A stretch of 64,000 nucleotides of DNA from NCBI GenBank assembly GCA_963798845.1, contig CAWCUS010000006.1:1024001-1088000 (forward strand), in the 5' to 3' direction. This DNA comes from an uncultured Gemmatimonadales bacterium. GTDB taxonomy: Bacteria > Gemmatimonadota > Gemmatimonadetes > Longimicrobiales > RSA9. Below the pieces are notes generated by a model. The model did no database searches. It worked only from the letters and a program-made list of their open reading frames with translations, and was not told the DNA's origin. Made by a program: the position numbers and the translations under genes. Positions 51,304 through 62,192 of the stretch are shown piece by piece (the first letter of the stretch is position 1; each line of letters starts with the position of its first letter).

Positions 51304-51995
51304 CGAGGCAGCACCGGCACTTCGAGGACGAGCTGGATCGCCTCAAGGAGAGCCTGGTACGCATGGCCGGCCTCGCCGAAGAGCTGGTGGACACGGCGGT
51401 GTCCGCGCTCATGGAGCGGGACGCGGTGAAAGCGCAGGTGGTGATCGATCGCGACCACGAGGTGGACGCGCTGGAGATCAAGGTGGACAACCAGGCGATC
51501 CAGCTCCTGGCCCTCCAGCAGCCCATGGCTCGCGATCTCCGCTTCATCACCATGGCCATGAAGATCGGCAACGACCTGGAGCGTGTGGGCGACCACGCGG
51601 TCAACATCGCCGAAAACGTGGCCTCCATCGCCAAGGCGCATCCGCTCCCTCACCTCCCCGAGCTCGAGGAGATGACCGGCCTGGCCACGGACATGCTCAA
51701 CGACGCTCTGGACGCCTTCGTCCGCAGCGACAGCACCGCCGCACTCGACATCGGCCGACGCGATGATCGCGTGGACGAGTTGCACGACAACGTGTTCCGG
51801 ATCCTCCTCACGCACATGATGGAGGACTCGCGGAAGATCGGACCCGGGATGGACATCATCCTCGTGTCGCGCAACCTGGAGCGGATCGCCGACCTCGCCA
51901 CCAACATCGCGGAGGACGTGGTGTTCATGGTCGAGGGCCGGACCATCAAGCACGGCTACGGCGAAGCCGCGGCTGCAGGCCCGTCGGGCGGCTGA
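51300..51995 (+). CDS. phoU: phosphate signalling protein PhoU
   Basis: [37 protein letters not shown]. Confidence 0.95.
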   Translation: MTRQHRHFEDELDRLKESLVRMAGLAEELVDTAVSALMERDAVKAQVVIDRDHEVDALEIKVDNQAIQLLALQQPMARDLRFITMAMKIGNDLERVGDHAVNIAENVASIAKAHPLPHLPELEEMTGLATDMLNDALDAFVRSDSTAALDIGRRDDRVDELHDNVFRILLTHMMEDSRKIGPGMDIILVSRNLERIADLATNIAEDVVFMVEGRTIKHGYGEAAAAGPSGG

Positions 51996-52144
51996 CTGGC
52001 GCAGGTCGCCCGGGCCGCGGCTCCACCGGTCCAGGCGTGGTGGCGGCGACCGGAGAGCGCCTCCCGGCTTGACACCGCGCGGGCGCCATCCCCATCCTGC
52101 CCCGGTTCGGTCCCATCCATTCCACCCCGCAGCGAGAGGGGGCG

Positions 52145-53074
52145 ATGCCGCGCCACGAGCCGTCGGAGCGAGCGCAGCGGGCGCGGTCCAATGGAGACCC
52201 GCAGGCCGAGCGACCCGGTCATCCCGGCCACCCCGTCGTGGACGAGGTCGAAGTCCTCGAGGAGCTGCTCGCGCAGGTCGTGGAGGAGACCCAGCCACGC
52301 GCAGTCCCCTGGTTCGCGGATCTGCGGGGCCGCGGTGCGATCATCACGGGTGCGGCCACCGGGATCGGCCGGGCCATCGCGCTGGAGCTGGCTCGCCATG
52401 GCGCCGCTATCGCGTTCAACTACCTCGACCACGGCGACGGCGTGCGGGAGGACGCGGAGCGCACTGCGCTGGAGCTGCGCCAGCTGGAGGTCGCGGTTTA
52501 CTCCATGGAGTGCGACATCCGCGACCCGGACGCGGTGAAGGAGTTCGTCAATGGCGCCCGCGAGGCGCTGGGGAGGGTGGACATCCTGGTGAACAACGCC
52601 GGGGTGGCGAGGGACCGGGCGCTCTGGCGCATGAGCGACTCGGAGTGGGACGAGGTCCTGGCCACGAACCTCACGGGCGCGTTCAACATGATCCGGGCCG
52701 TGGCCCCACTGTTCCGCTCCCAGCAGGATGGAAAGATCGTGAACATCAGTTCGGTCCATGGGCTCCAGCCCGAGTTCGGGCTGGCCAACTACTCGGCTTC
52801 GAAGGCGGGCCTCCTCAGCCTCACGCGCTCGGCGGCGATCGAGCTCGGGCCGTCGAACGTGAACGTGAACGCCGTCGCACCTGGATACATCCGGACCACT
52901 CGCCTGACCGACGCCGTGCCCGCGGAGATCCTCGACCGGGCACGGGAGCGCAGCGTGCTCGGCCGGCTCGGGGATCCCCAGGACGTGGCCAACGTGGTGC
53001 TGTTCCTCTGCTCGGAGCAGGCGCGCCACATCACGGGGGTGGTCATCCCCGTGGACGGCGGCCACCTCCTCTGA
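52145..53074 (+). CDS. SDR (FabG-like) oxidoreductase
   Basis: TGAATGIG, NNAG, NYSASK; ~55-aa N-terminal extension; TTGACA-18 nt-CATCCT at 52069-52098. Confidence 0.88.
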   Translation: MPRHEPSERAQRARSNGDPQAERPGHPGHPVVDEVEVLEELLAQVVEETQPRAVPWFADLRGRGAIITGAATGIGRAIALELARHGAAIAFNYLDHGDGVREDAERTALELRQLEVAVYSMECDIRDPDAVKEFVNGAREALGRVDILVNNAGVARDRALWRMSDSEWDEVLATNLTGAFNMIRAVAPLFRSQQDGKIVNISSVHGLQPEFGLANYSASKAGLLSLTRSAAIELGPSNVNVNAVAPGYIRTTRLTDAVPAEILDRARERSVLGRLGDPQDVANVVLFLCSEQARHITGVVIPVDGGHLL

Positions 53075-53694
53075 TGCGGGGTCAGGCTGCGCGGACCGCA
53101 CGCCGTTCGGCCGCCATATGGGGGGCGGTGACCGCCGTCGTCGCTGCAACGGTGGGCGGCTGCGGCGGCCGAGCGACGCCGGCCGGCGCAGCGCCCACGC
53201 CCCCGCCGCTCGACCTGCGCGGGGCTCGTGTGATGCTGGTTCCCGCGCTGGCGGGTTCGCCGGATCAGGTCGATGCGGAGCTCGCGTTCTGGCTCCAGGA
53301 CGGTTCGCCCGACACGGAGTGGATTCTGCCCGACGAGCTGCAGGCGGTGGCCGACCGGACGCCCCAGTGGCGCCTGAAATTGCGGAACGATCCGCGCACG
53401 GTGGTGGAGACCAGCCCGGGCCATCGACGTCTGGCCGACCCGCTGTACGGTGACCTCCGTCGGCTGGGCGCAGTACTGGACGCGAATTACGCCCTGGTGC
53501 CGATCAATGTGCGGAGAGGGGTGGCGGCAGACAGCATGGGCGCCATGGCCGCGACCATCACCGCCGCGTTCGTGGACATCCGGGGCGGCACGGTGGCATG
53601 GCTCGGGACGGTGGAAGGCAAGGCGCGGGGCGGGAACGGAGAGGGGGCGATAGCCGCGGCTGCTGCGGCGCTGGCGCGGGCGCTGTCGCCGTGA
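53074..53694 (+). CDS. hypothetical lipoprotein
   Basis: ATG overlaps the SDR stop; signal ending VGGC. Confidence 0.65.
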   Translation: MRGQAARTARRSAAIWGAVTAVVAATVGGCGGRATPAGAAPTPPPLDLRGARVMLVPALAGSPDQVDAELAFWLQDGSPDTEWILPDELQAVADRTPQWRLKLRNDPRTVVETSPGHRRLADPLYGDLRRLGAVLDANYALVPINVRRGVAADSMGAMAATITAAFVDIRGGTVAWLGTVEGKARGGNGEGAIAAAAAALARALSP

Positions 53695-53737
53695 TAGGCT
53701 TTGGGCCCCCGATGGGGTGTGAGCAACGCGGATGGTA

Positions 53738-54280
53738 ATGGCAGTGCGACGGACAGCGAAGCAACTGACAACCGCGGGCGTGATCGCCTGCGTTTTCTTT
53801 TCTGGCGGGTGCGACCGGGTCCAGCACGTGCTGGGCCGGGGCAGACCGAGCGCCCCGAGCGCCGATCAGGTCAGGCCGTACTACGCGGGCGCGAAGGGCG
53901 TGGACAGCGTGCAGATGAACGGCAACGTGGTCGAGCTCACGGTGCGCCAGCCGTTCCGCCAGCTCGAGCGCGGCGGCTCCATCTGGGCGCGCGTCGGCCC
54001 CTTCATATACCTCATGACCCCCGCCACGCGCTCGGTGTTCACCGAGTTCCCGGGCGTCGCGGCGGTGCGCGTGACCACGGTCCTCCCCGACGGCGAGGAG
54101 GTGGCGCGCGCGATGCTCCGCAGGGAGGCGCTGACCGACATCCGCTGGCGCCGGACTCTGAACCTGCTGGGCCACGCGCTTCAGGAAGGGCGGCAGAATC
54201 CGCGCAAGCTCGAGGAGCTCACCGAGTGGAGCGAGGAGTACACCCAGTTCCACTACAATCCGAAATTCGCAAAATCCTGA
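53738..54280 (+). CDS. hypothetical lipoprotein
   Basis: Hydrophobic segment ending SGGC; GC3-rich codons. Confidence 0.65.
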   Translation: MAVRRTAKQLTTAGVIACVFFSGGCDRVQHVLGRGRPSAPSADQVRPYYAGAKGVDSVQMNGNVVELTVRQPFRQLERGGSIWARVGPFIYLMTPATRSVFTEFPGVAAVRVTTVLPDGEEVARAMLRREALTDIRWRRTLNLLGHALQEGRQNPRKLEELTEWSEEYTQFHYNPKFAKS

Positions 54281-54283
54281 GCG

Positions 54284-55306
<1,023 letters not shown>

Positions 55307-55408
55307 CCATTCACCGGGTGCTCGAGCGAGGGCGCTCTCCTCTCGCCCGCGCCGGACGAACGCCATAGCTTGAACGCCCCCCACTGAACCACTGAGCTCT
55401 ACAAGGAT

Positions 55409-56593
55409 ATGCCGAAATTCCAGGGTGTGGACTACTACGACATCGACTCCCTCCTCTCCGAAGAGGAGCGCATGGTGCGCGACACCATCCGCCAGTGGGT
55501 GGATGACGCGCTCCTCCCGATCATCCAGGAGGCGTACATCGAGCGGCGCTTCCCCACGGAGCTGATCCCGCAGATCGCCGAGCTTGGCATGCTCGGCGCC
55601 AACCTCCCCGAGGAGTACGGCGGCGCGGGGCTCAACAACGTGGCCTACGGACTCATCATGCAGGAGCTCGAGCGGGGCGACTCCGGCATCCGCAGCTTCG
55701 CGTCCGTCCAGGGCGCGCTGTGCATGTACCCGATCTTCGCCTTCGGCAGCGAAGAGCAGAAGAAGAAGTGGCTCCCGCCCATGGCACGCGGCGAGATCAT
55801 CGGCTGCTTCGGCCTCACCGAGCCCGACTTCGGCTCCAACCCCGGCGGGATGCTCACCACCGCCCGGAAAGACGGGGAGGGCTGGGTCCTGAACGGCGCC
55901 AAGATGTGGATCACCAACGGATCCATGGCCCACATCGCCATCGTCTGGGCCAAGACCGGCGACATCGAGGACGCCTCCTCCATCCGCGGCTTCATCGTCC
56001 CAACCGACACGGAGGGATTCACCGCCCGCGACCAGAAGGGGAAGCTCAGCCTCCTGGCGTCGGACACGTCCGAGCTCGTCCTCGAGGACGTGCGCGTGGG
56101 CGATGACGCGCTGCTGCCGGACTCCGGCGGGCTGAAGAGTCCCCTCATGTGCCTCACGCAGGCGCGCTACGGCATCGCCTGGGGCGGCGTCGGCGCCGCC
56201 ATGGCCTGCTACGACGAGGCGCTCGGCTACTCCCGGCAGCGCACGCAGTTCGGCGACGTCCCCATCGGCGGAAAGCAGCTCCAGCAGGCTCGCCTCGCCG
56301 AGATGCTCACCGCCATAACCCAGGGCCAGCTCCTCGTCCTCCAGCTCGGCCGGCTCAAGGACCGCGGCACCATGCGCCCCCAGCAGGTCTCCCTGGCCAA
56401 GCGCGCCATGGTCTCCATGGCCGCGGATACCGCTCGGGAGGCGCGCCGCCTCCTCGGCGCAAACGGCATCCTCGTCGAGTACTCCGCCATGCGCCACATG
56501 GCCAACCTCGAGAGCGTCTACACGTACGAAGGCACCCACGACATCCACACGCTGATCCTGGGTCAGGACGTCACGGGATACCCTGCTTTCTAA
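55409..56593 (+). CDS. acyl-CoA dehydrogenase (glutaryl-CoA dehydrogenase-like)
   Basis: CFGLTEPDFGS, KMWITN, LGANGI, VYTYEGTHDIH. Confidence 0.9.
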   Translation: MPKFQGVDYYDIDSLLSEEERMVRDTIRQWVDDALLPIIQEAYIERRFPTELIPQIAELGMLGANLPEEYGGAGLNNVAYGLIMQELERGDSGIRSFASVQGALCMYPIFAFGSEEQKKKWLPPMARGEIIGCFGLTEPDFGSNPGGMLTTARKDGEGWVLNGAKMWITNGSMAHIAIVWAKTGDIEDASSIRGFIVPTDTEGFTARDQKGKLSLLASDTSELVLEDVRVGDDALLPDSGGLKSPLMCLTQARYGIAWGGVGAAMACYDEALGYSRQRTQFGDVPIGGKQLQQARLAEMLTAITQGQLLVLQLGRLKDRGTMRPQQVSLAKRAMVSMAADTAREARRLLGANGILVEYSAMRHMANLESVYTYEGTHDIHTLILGQDVTGYPAF

Positions 56594-56795
56594 ACGGCCC
56601 CGCCCGCGTCCCCCCTCACCCCGTGGACGTCGGGCCGCGGGCGCGGCCGGCCCGGAGGCGCGGGGCCGGTCCGGGCGGCTGCGTCTCACGTCAAGTCGTT
56701 GTGCAGCAGCTGCTTACAACCATTCCCGGCATGGCGATTGCACCTCCACCACCCTCTGGAGCAGTCCCTTCCGAAACCCCGACCGGAGGCGATTC

Positions 56796-57242
56796 ATGAA
56801 GGCACGAGAGCTCATGACCGAGAACCCGGAGTGCGTGAGCGAGGGCGAGAGCGTGCAGCGCGCCGCGCAGCTCATGCGCGACCTGAACGTGGGACTCATC
56901 CCGGTGGTGGACGACGCCTCGAGCCGCCGGCTGCGCGGGGTGATCACGGACCGGGACATCGCCATCCGTCACGTGGCCGAAGGCCACGACGCCGGCAGCT
57001 GCCGCGTGGGCGACGAGATGTCGCGGGGCGACCTGTTCACGGTTACGCCCGAGGACAGCACCGACACCGTGATGAGCCGGATGAGGGAGGGGCAGGTGCG
57101 GCGGATCCCGGTGGTGGAGGACGAGCGGGTGGTCGGCATGATCGCCCAGGCGGACCTGGCCGTGGAAATGCCGGACAGCGAAGCGCGCGAGGTGGAGCGG
57201 ACCGTGGAGGAGATCTCCGAGCCGGCCGAGCCGGAGCGCTGA
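56796..57242 (+). CDS. CBS domain pair protein
   Basis: GVITDRDI, QVRRIPVV, GMIAQADL; GGAGG RBS. Confidence 0.9.
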   Translation: MKARELMTENPECVSEGESVQRAAQLMRDLNVGLIPVVDDASSRRLRGVITDRDIAIRHVAEGHDAGSCRVGDEMSRGDLFTVTPEDSTDTVMSRMREGQVRRIPVVEDERVVGMIAQADLAVEMPDSEAREVERTVEEISEPAEPER

Positions 57243-57335
57243 CGTACCGAGGTCGGCCTCCGTCCGCTCGCGTCCGGCGGAGCCCCGGCCCCGGAGCGGG
57301 ACCCGGCAGGTGGGCGGTGCGTGCGCGGCGCCGCC

Positions 57336-57428
57336 TGCCGCCCTCGCCTGCCCACCGTCGCCGGCCCGCCCTCGCCTGCCCGCCCTCGCCGGCCCGCCCT
57401 CGCCGGCCCCCGCCCTCGCCCGCCCCCG
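57336..57428. repeat. imperfect 14-bp tandem repeat (CCCGCCCTCGCCKG)
   Basis: About six degenerate copies in the CBS-padR spacer. Confidence 0.65.
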
Positions 57429-57504
57429 CCGCGCTACGCTCGCCCCGGCAGGCCGACTTCCGTTCCGTTATCCCCGGGTCACAGGGGACGCTTGCCACGC
57501 CGCA

Positions 57505-57525
57505 ATGTATGCGTTACGCATATAT
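57505..57525. promoter_or_regulatory. palindromic operator, probably for PadR
   Basis: ATGTATGCGT-T-ACGCATATAT, AT-rich, between TTGCCA (57492) and the padR start. Confidence 0.55.
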
Positions 57526-57566
57526 GTGCGACACAGGCTTCTGCCCCCACAACCACGGGCTCCCAC

Positions 57567-57929
57567 ATGGACCGCTCCCGCTTCGGGGTCGATGACTTCC
57601 TGCCGCTCCGGCCTGTCGAGTTTCACATCCTCCTGAGCCTGGCTCGCGGTGCGCGCCACGGGTACGGGATCATCCAGGACGCGGAGGCACGGAGCGACGC
57701 GCCGGTGCCCGACGTGGGCACACTCTACCGGGCGCTGCGACGGTTCCGCGAGCGTGGCCTGATCGAGGACGCGGATGCGCCGGCGTCGGAGGCGGCGGCG
57801 GGGGACGACCGTCGGAACTACTACCGGATCACGGATCTCGGTCTGCGCGTGGCGCGAGGAGAGGCGCGCCGGCTGGAGACCCTGACGCGGGCGGCGCGGG
57901 CGGGGGGCCTGCTGGAGGGGCTGGCGTGA
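57567..57929 (+). CDS. PadR-family transcriptional regulator
   Basis: ILLSL..RHGYGI, GTLYRAL, RRNYYRITDLG. Confidence 0.9.
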   Translation: MDRSRFGVDDFLPLRPVEFHILLSLARGARHGYGIIQDAEARSDAPVPDVGTLYRALRRFRERGLIEDADAPASEAAAGDDRRNYYRITDLGLRVARGEARRLETLTRAARAGGLLEGLA

Positions 57930-60595
57930 CGGGGCGCGACGCGGGCGGCGCTGCGGCGGCCGTGCTGCGGTGGTTGCTCCGTTGTTACCCCGAGGATTTC
58001 CGGGCCGACGTGGGTCCCGAGTGGCTGTCGACGTATCGCGAGCGGGCGCGGGTGGCTCGCTCGGCCGGGATCGGCCCGACTGTGTCGTTCTGGTGGTCCG
58101 CGGTGGCAGACTCGGTGCGCAATGGTCTGGGCGAGCGGGCGCGCCCGGCGGTGGCGTGGCGCCGGCGCGGCGACTGGGGGCGGGACACCCAGCGGGCGGT
58201 TCGTCGATTGGTACGGGCGCCGGCGTTCACGCTTGCGACGGCGGGCACGCTGGCGGTGGGGCTGGGCGCTTTCGCGGTAGTGTGGGCGGTGGTGGACAAC
58301 GTCCTGCTGGAAGCGCCGGCCTACGAGCGACCGCAGGACCTGTACTGGGTGTGGCGGGACTACAGCGCGTTCATGGACCTGGACCGTGGGTGGCTGAGCG
58401 GTGCGGACGTGGCGGCGCTGGACACGGCAGGAGGCCCCATCGAGGGCGCTGTGGCGACTCAGGTGGGTCGGGTGGCCGTCGCGACGGGGGAGGGTGGCGG
58501 CCCCGAGGAGCTGAAGGCGATGTACACGGGGCCCGGCTTCTTCGACCTGGTGGGAGTCGCCCCTGCGCTCGGCCGCGGCTTCGCTCCCGACGAGGGGGGC
58601 GCGGGCCGTCCCGACCTGGCGGTGCTCGGTCACGATCTCTGGCGCACGTCGTTCGGTGCCGACGCGGCGATCGTGGGGCGGACGCTCCGGATCGACGGTG
58701 ACCCGTACGTGGTGATCGGCGTCATGCCGGAAGGCTTCAGGTTCGCACGCCACTCGAGCCTCGGGGGGCCCGAGACGGCGGACCTCTACCTGACGTTCCC
58801 GTACAATGTGGCCCTGCGCAGCCCGGCGGGCGGCTCGGTGGCCGGACTGCTGCGGGCCAGGCCCGGCGAGGACCCGGCGCGGGTGGACGCGGCGGTGGCG
58901 GCCGTCGGCACGGGGCTCGACGAGCGTCTGTTCGGCTCGCGCGGCGTCCGCTACTACGCCGTGGGTCTCCTGCCCGATCTGGTTGCGCCGGTGCGTCCTG
59001 CGCTGGTCGTCCTCGCCCTCGCGGGCGCATTTCTCGTCCTGGTCCTGGGCGCCAATCTGGCGACGCTCCTCCTGGGCCGGGCCGCCCAGCGCGAGCGGGA
59101 GCTGGCCGTGGCTCGCGCGCTCGGCGCCGGCCGGTGGCCGTTGGCACGGGCGACGCTGCTGGAGGGGGCGCTCCTGGGGCTCCTCGGCGCCGGAGGCGGC
59201 CTGCTGCTGGCGCTCCGCGGCACGCGCGCGCTGGTGGCCCGGGTCCCCCCCGACCTGCCGCGCCGCGCCGCGATCTCCGTGGACGGGACAGTGGTGGCCG
59301 TGGTGCTGGGGCTCGGGCTCCTCCTGGGCCTCGCCGCGGCCGCCATTCCCGCCGCGTGGGCCGCCCGCTCCCGCCTGGGCGACGTGCTCCGGCAGGCCAG
59401 CGTGCGCGGCGGCGCGGGCGGCGGTCGGCTCCGCCGTGGGATGATCGTGGTCCAGGTCGCCCTCTCCCTGGTCCTGCTGAGCGCCGGCGGCGTGCTGGTG
59501 CGGAGCGTCCAGGCGCTCCTCCGGACCGATCCGGGATTCCGGGCGACGGGGGCACTCACGTTCGCGGTGTCCCTCTCCGGCGGCGCCTATGCTGACGATG
59601 GATCCGTGCTTGACTTCCAGGACCGCTTTCTCCGGTCGCTGCGCTCGATTCCGGGCGTCACGACGGCCGGGGGCGTCTCCGCGCTGCCGCTGTCCGCAGC
59701 CGCCCAGCAGATCACCGTCGGCTTTGCGGGAGCGCCGGGGAACACCGGGCAGAAGGATCACGACGAGCCCCTCGTCGACGTCGTACGGGCCACGGAAGGC
59801 GCGGTCCCGGCGCTCGGCGCCCGCCTCCTGGCCGGCCGCGTCCCGGCCTTCGACGCGGAGAGCGGTGAGAACGAAGTCATGATCGACCAGACGCTCGCCG
59901 CGACCTTCTACCCGGACGGGAGCGCGCTCGGGGCCACGGTGGTGGCGGGCGACGAGACGCTCCGGGTGGTGGGCGTGCTCCAGCAGCCCCGGCTCTACGA
60001 CGTCCACCGCGACGACCGCGGGCAGCTCTGGGTTCGCAGTCGCGACGCCGTCGCGCGCTCGCTCCACTACGTCATCCGCTCGGAGCGTCGGCCGGCCTCC
60101 CTGGTCGGGGATGTGCGCGCTGCGCTGCGCGCCACGGACCCCGCGCTTCCGCTCTCGGACGTCCGACCGATCGGCGACCTGGTGAGCGAAGCCCTCGGGC
60201 GACAGCGCCTCAGCGCCACGCTGATCGCCGCTTTCGCCCTGGGCGCCCTGGCGCTGGCCGCCATGGGCCTCTCCGGCATCGTCTCGGCGACGGTCACGCG
60301 CCGGCGCCCCGAGCTCGGGATCCGCATGGCCCTGGGCGCTGATGCCGGGCGCGTGCTGCGCATGGTCGTGCGGGACGGCCTCGCCCTCGTCGGGCTAGGC
60401 CTGGTCGTCGCGGTCCCCGGGATCTGGGCGGCCGGCCGGCTGCTGCGCGGCCTCCTGGTCGACGTGTCCCCGTTCGATCCCGTGACCCTCGCGGCCGTGG
60501 CCGCCGGGCTCGTGGCGGTCGCCTCTGTCGCGTGCTGGATCCCGGCCCGGCGTGTCACCGCGATCGATCCCTCACGGTCGCTCCGAGCCGAGTGA
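57926..60595 (+). CDS. duplicated MacB/FtsX-like ABC permease (ADOP type)
   Basis: Two MacB-PCD/FtsX repeats, RERELAVARALGA, DPGF, ELGIRMALGA, IDPSRSLRAE; coupled to padR. Confidence 0.88.
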   Translation: MTGRDAGGAAAAVLRWLLRCYPEDFRADVGPEWLSTYRERARVARSAGIGPTVSFWWSAVADSVRNGLGERARPAVAWRRRGDWGRDTQRAVRRLVRAPAFTLATAGTLAVGLGAFAVVWAVVDNVLLEAPAYERPQDLYWVWRDYSAFMDLDRGWLSGADVAALDTAGGPIEGAVATQVGRVAVATGEGGGPEELKAMYTGPGFFDLVGVAPALGRGFAPDEGGAGRPDLAVLGHDLWRTSFGADAAIVGRTLRIDGDPYVVIGVMPEGFRFARHSSLGGPETADLYLTFPYNVALRSPAGGSVAGLLRARPGEDPARVDAAVAAVGTGLDERLFGSRGVRYYAVGLLPDLVAPVRPALVVLALAGAFLVLVLGANLATLLLGRAAQRERELAVARALGAGRWPLARATLLEGALLGLLGAGGGLLLALRGTRALVARVPPDLPRRAAISVDGTVVAVVLGLGLLLGLAAAAIPAAWAARSRLGDVLRQASVRGGAGGGRLRRGMIVVQVALSLVLLSAGGVLVRSVQALLRTDPGFRATGALTFAVSLSGGAYADDGSVLDFQDRFLRSLRSIPGVTTAGGVSALPLSAAAQQITVGFAGAPGNTGQKDHDEPLVDVVRATEGAVPALGARLLAGRVPAFDAESGENEVMIDQTLAATFYPDGSALGATVVAGDETLRVVGVLQQPRLYDVHRDDRGQLWVRSRDAVARSLHYVIRSERRPASLVGDVRAALRATDPALPLSDVRPIGDLVSEALGRQRLSATLIAAFALGALALAAMGLSGIVSATVTRRRPELGIRMALGADAGRVLRMVVRDGLALVGLGLVVAVPGIWAAGRLLRGLLVDVSPFDPVTLAAVAAGLVAVASVACWIPARRVTAIDPSRSLRAE

Positions 60596-60679
60596 GGCGG
60601 AGCCGGGGTCGCCCGGTGTCGCCTCGCGTCGTCCGGAAGGGCTGCCTTGTCGGCGCCGTCCTCCAGGGCGCGCCGACGG

Positions 60680-60708
60680 TTGACAGGCCGGGGCGCCGGC
60701 ACTACAAT
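60680..60708 (+). promoter_or_regulatory. near-consensus sigma70 promoter of tRNA-Arg/rnpB cluster
   Basis: TTGACA-17 nt-TACAAT. Confidence 0.8.
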
Positions 60709-60782
60709 TCCGAGGCTGATCGGGGAGGGCAATCAACCCCGCGGGGCGCATCGCGAACCGCGGGCAGTTCTTTCTCCGGGTT

Positions 60783-60856
<74 letters not shown>

Positions 60857-60897
60857 CTGCCGGCCCCCCGCAGCGGGGGCCGTGCTGTTTGACATCA

Positions 60898-61288
60898 GAG
60901 GGAAGCGAGTGCGAGCCGCGGCCGTCCGAGAGACGGTCGAGGAAAGTCCGAGCTCCGCAGGGCAGGGTGCCGGGTAACGCCCGGACGCCGCGAGGCGCTG
61001 GAAAGTGCCACAGAGAGCAGACCGCCGATGGCCGAAGCCGAAAGGCGCCGGTACAGGCAAGGGTGAAAGGGTGGTGCAAGAGACCACCGGGCGCCTGGCA
61101 ACAGGCGTCGCATGGTAAACCCCACCCGGAGCAAGGCCAAGCAGGGACAATGGCGCGGCCCGCGCCGCCGCGACTCCGGTCGCGACAGTCCCGGGTAGGC
61201 TGCTCGAGGCGGCGGGCGACCGCCGTCCCAGAGAAATGGCTCGCCTCCACGCGAGTGGAGACAGAACTCGGCTTATTCCGCTTCCCTT
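60898..61288 (+). ncRNA. rnpB: RNase P RNA (type A)
   Basis: GAGGAAAGTCC, GAAAGTGCCACAGA, GGGTGAAAGGGTGGTGCAAGAGACCACC, GGTAAACCCCAC, ACAGAACTCGGCTTA; P1 GGGAAGCG/CGCTTCCC. Confidence 0.96.
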
Positions 61289-61367
61289 TTGTTCCTTGCC
61301 CGGCCGGAACGGGCCGACACGCGCAAGCGCGGCGGTTTCATCCGTCCCCGATACGTGGCGCGGTCGG

Positions 61368-61771
61368 GCGCCCGTAGCTCAGTTCTCGCCACGCTGCGCG
61401 TGACGAGACTTTGTCGAAGGGCAGACGTGCAGGCGGGTGGACAGTAGGTTGAGGTTCCACACGCATCTGCGCCCGTAGCTCAGTTCTCGCCACGCTGCGC
61501 GTGACGAGACTTTGTCGAAGGGCAGACGTGCAGGCGGGTGGACAGTAGGTTGAGGTTCCACACGCATCTGCGCCCGTAGCTCAGTTCTCGCCACGCTGCG
61601 CGTGACGAGACTTTGTCGAAGGGCAGACGTGCAGGCGGGTGGACAGCCGGTTGAGGTTCCACACGCATCTGCGCCCGTAGCTCAGTTCTCGCCACGCTGC
61701 GCGTGACGAGACTTTGTCGAAGGGCGGACGTGCAGGCGGGTGGAGAGTAGGTTGAGGTTCCACACGCATCT
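61368..61771 (+). repeat. four tandem 101-bp units, each starting with the first 17 nt of tRNA-Arg(CCG)
   Basis: Units at 61368, 61469, 61570, 61671; the fifth GCGCCCGTAGCTCAGTT at 61772 is the intact tRNA. Confidence 0.95.
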
Positions 61772-61845
61772 GCGCCCGTAGCTCAGTTGGATAGAGCGCA
61801 TGCCTCCGGAGCATGAGGTCACAGGTTCGAATCCTGTCGGGCGCA
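61772..61845 (+). tRNA. tRNA-Arg(CCG)
   Basis: Acceptor GCGCCCG/CGGGCGC, anticodon arm CATGC-CTCCGGA-GCATG, ACAGGTTCGAATCCTGT; CCA not encoded. Confidence 0.96.
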
Positions 61846-61851
61846 CTCGGA

Positions 61852-61886
61852 GAGGGGCCGGCCGCGGAAAACGCGGTCGGCCCCTC
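61852..61886 (+). terminator. hairpin after tRNA-Arg(CCG)
   Basis: 15-bp stem GAGGGGCCGGCCGCG/CGCGGTCGGCCCCTC; no U-tract. Confidence 0.5.
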
Positions 61887-62192
61887 GTCGGTTCGGAGCC
61901 AGGTTGCCGCGCCCGGGAAGGGACTTTGATCGCGCGGTGCGCTGTTGCACGAGGGCGGCACAATGTGGCGCGGGCGCGATCACCCGCGGCCGTCAGAGCC
62001 GCGGTCCCGCTCGGCCTGCAGCACCGTGAGTCCCCATTCTCGGGGAATCGGCCCGGGGTGTGGCCACGGCTTGGCGGCCACGCACGAGATTTGCATTGTT
62101 CGAACCACTCACACATCCACATTCTCCGACGTCTCTACCCTCGCGCCGCCGGCTTTCAGCCGGGTGTGGCGCTTTCACGGTGACGACAGCGC

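Noticed and set aside
61368..61771. Four extra degenerate tRNA genes or a group I intron
   Set aside because: Units lack a 3' acceptor strand, anticodon arm and proper T-arm, and are too short for a group I intron
61368..61788. CRISPR array
   Set aside because: Intervening 84-nt segments are near-identical rather than unique spacers, the repeat is a tRNA fragment, and no cas genes are present
61379..62122. Repetitive minus-strand ORFs (MARTELRAQ...)
   Set aside because: By-products of the 101-bp repeat, antisense to the tRNA; the period is not a multiple of 3
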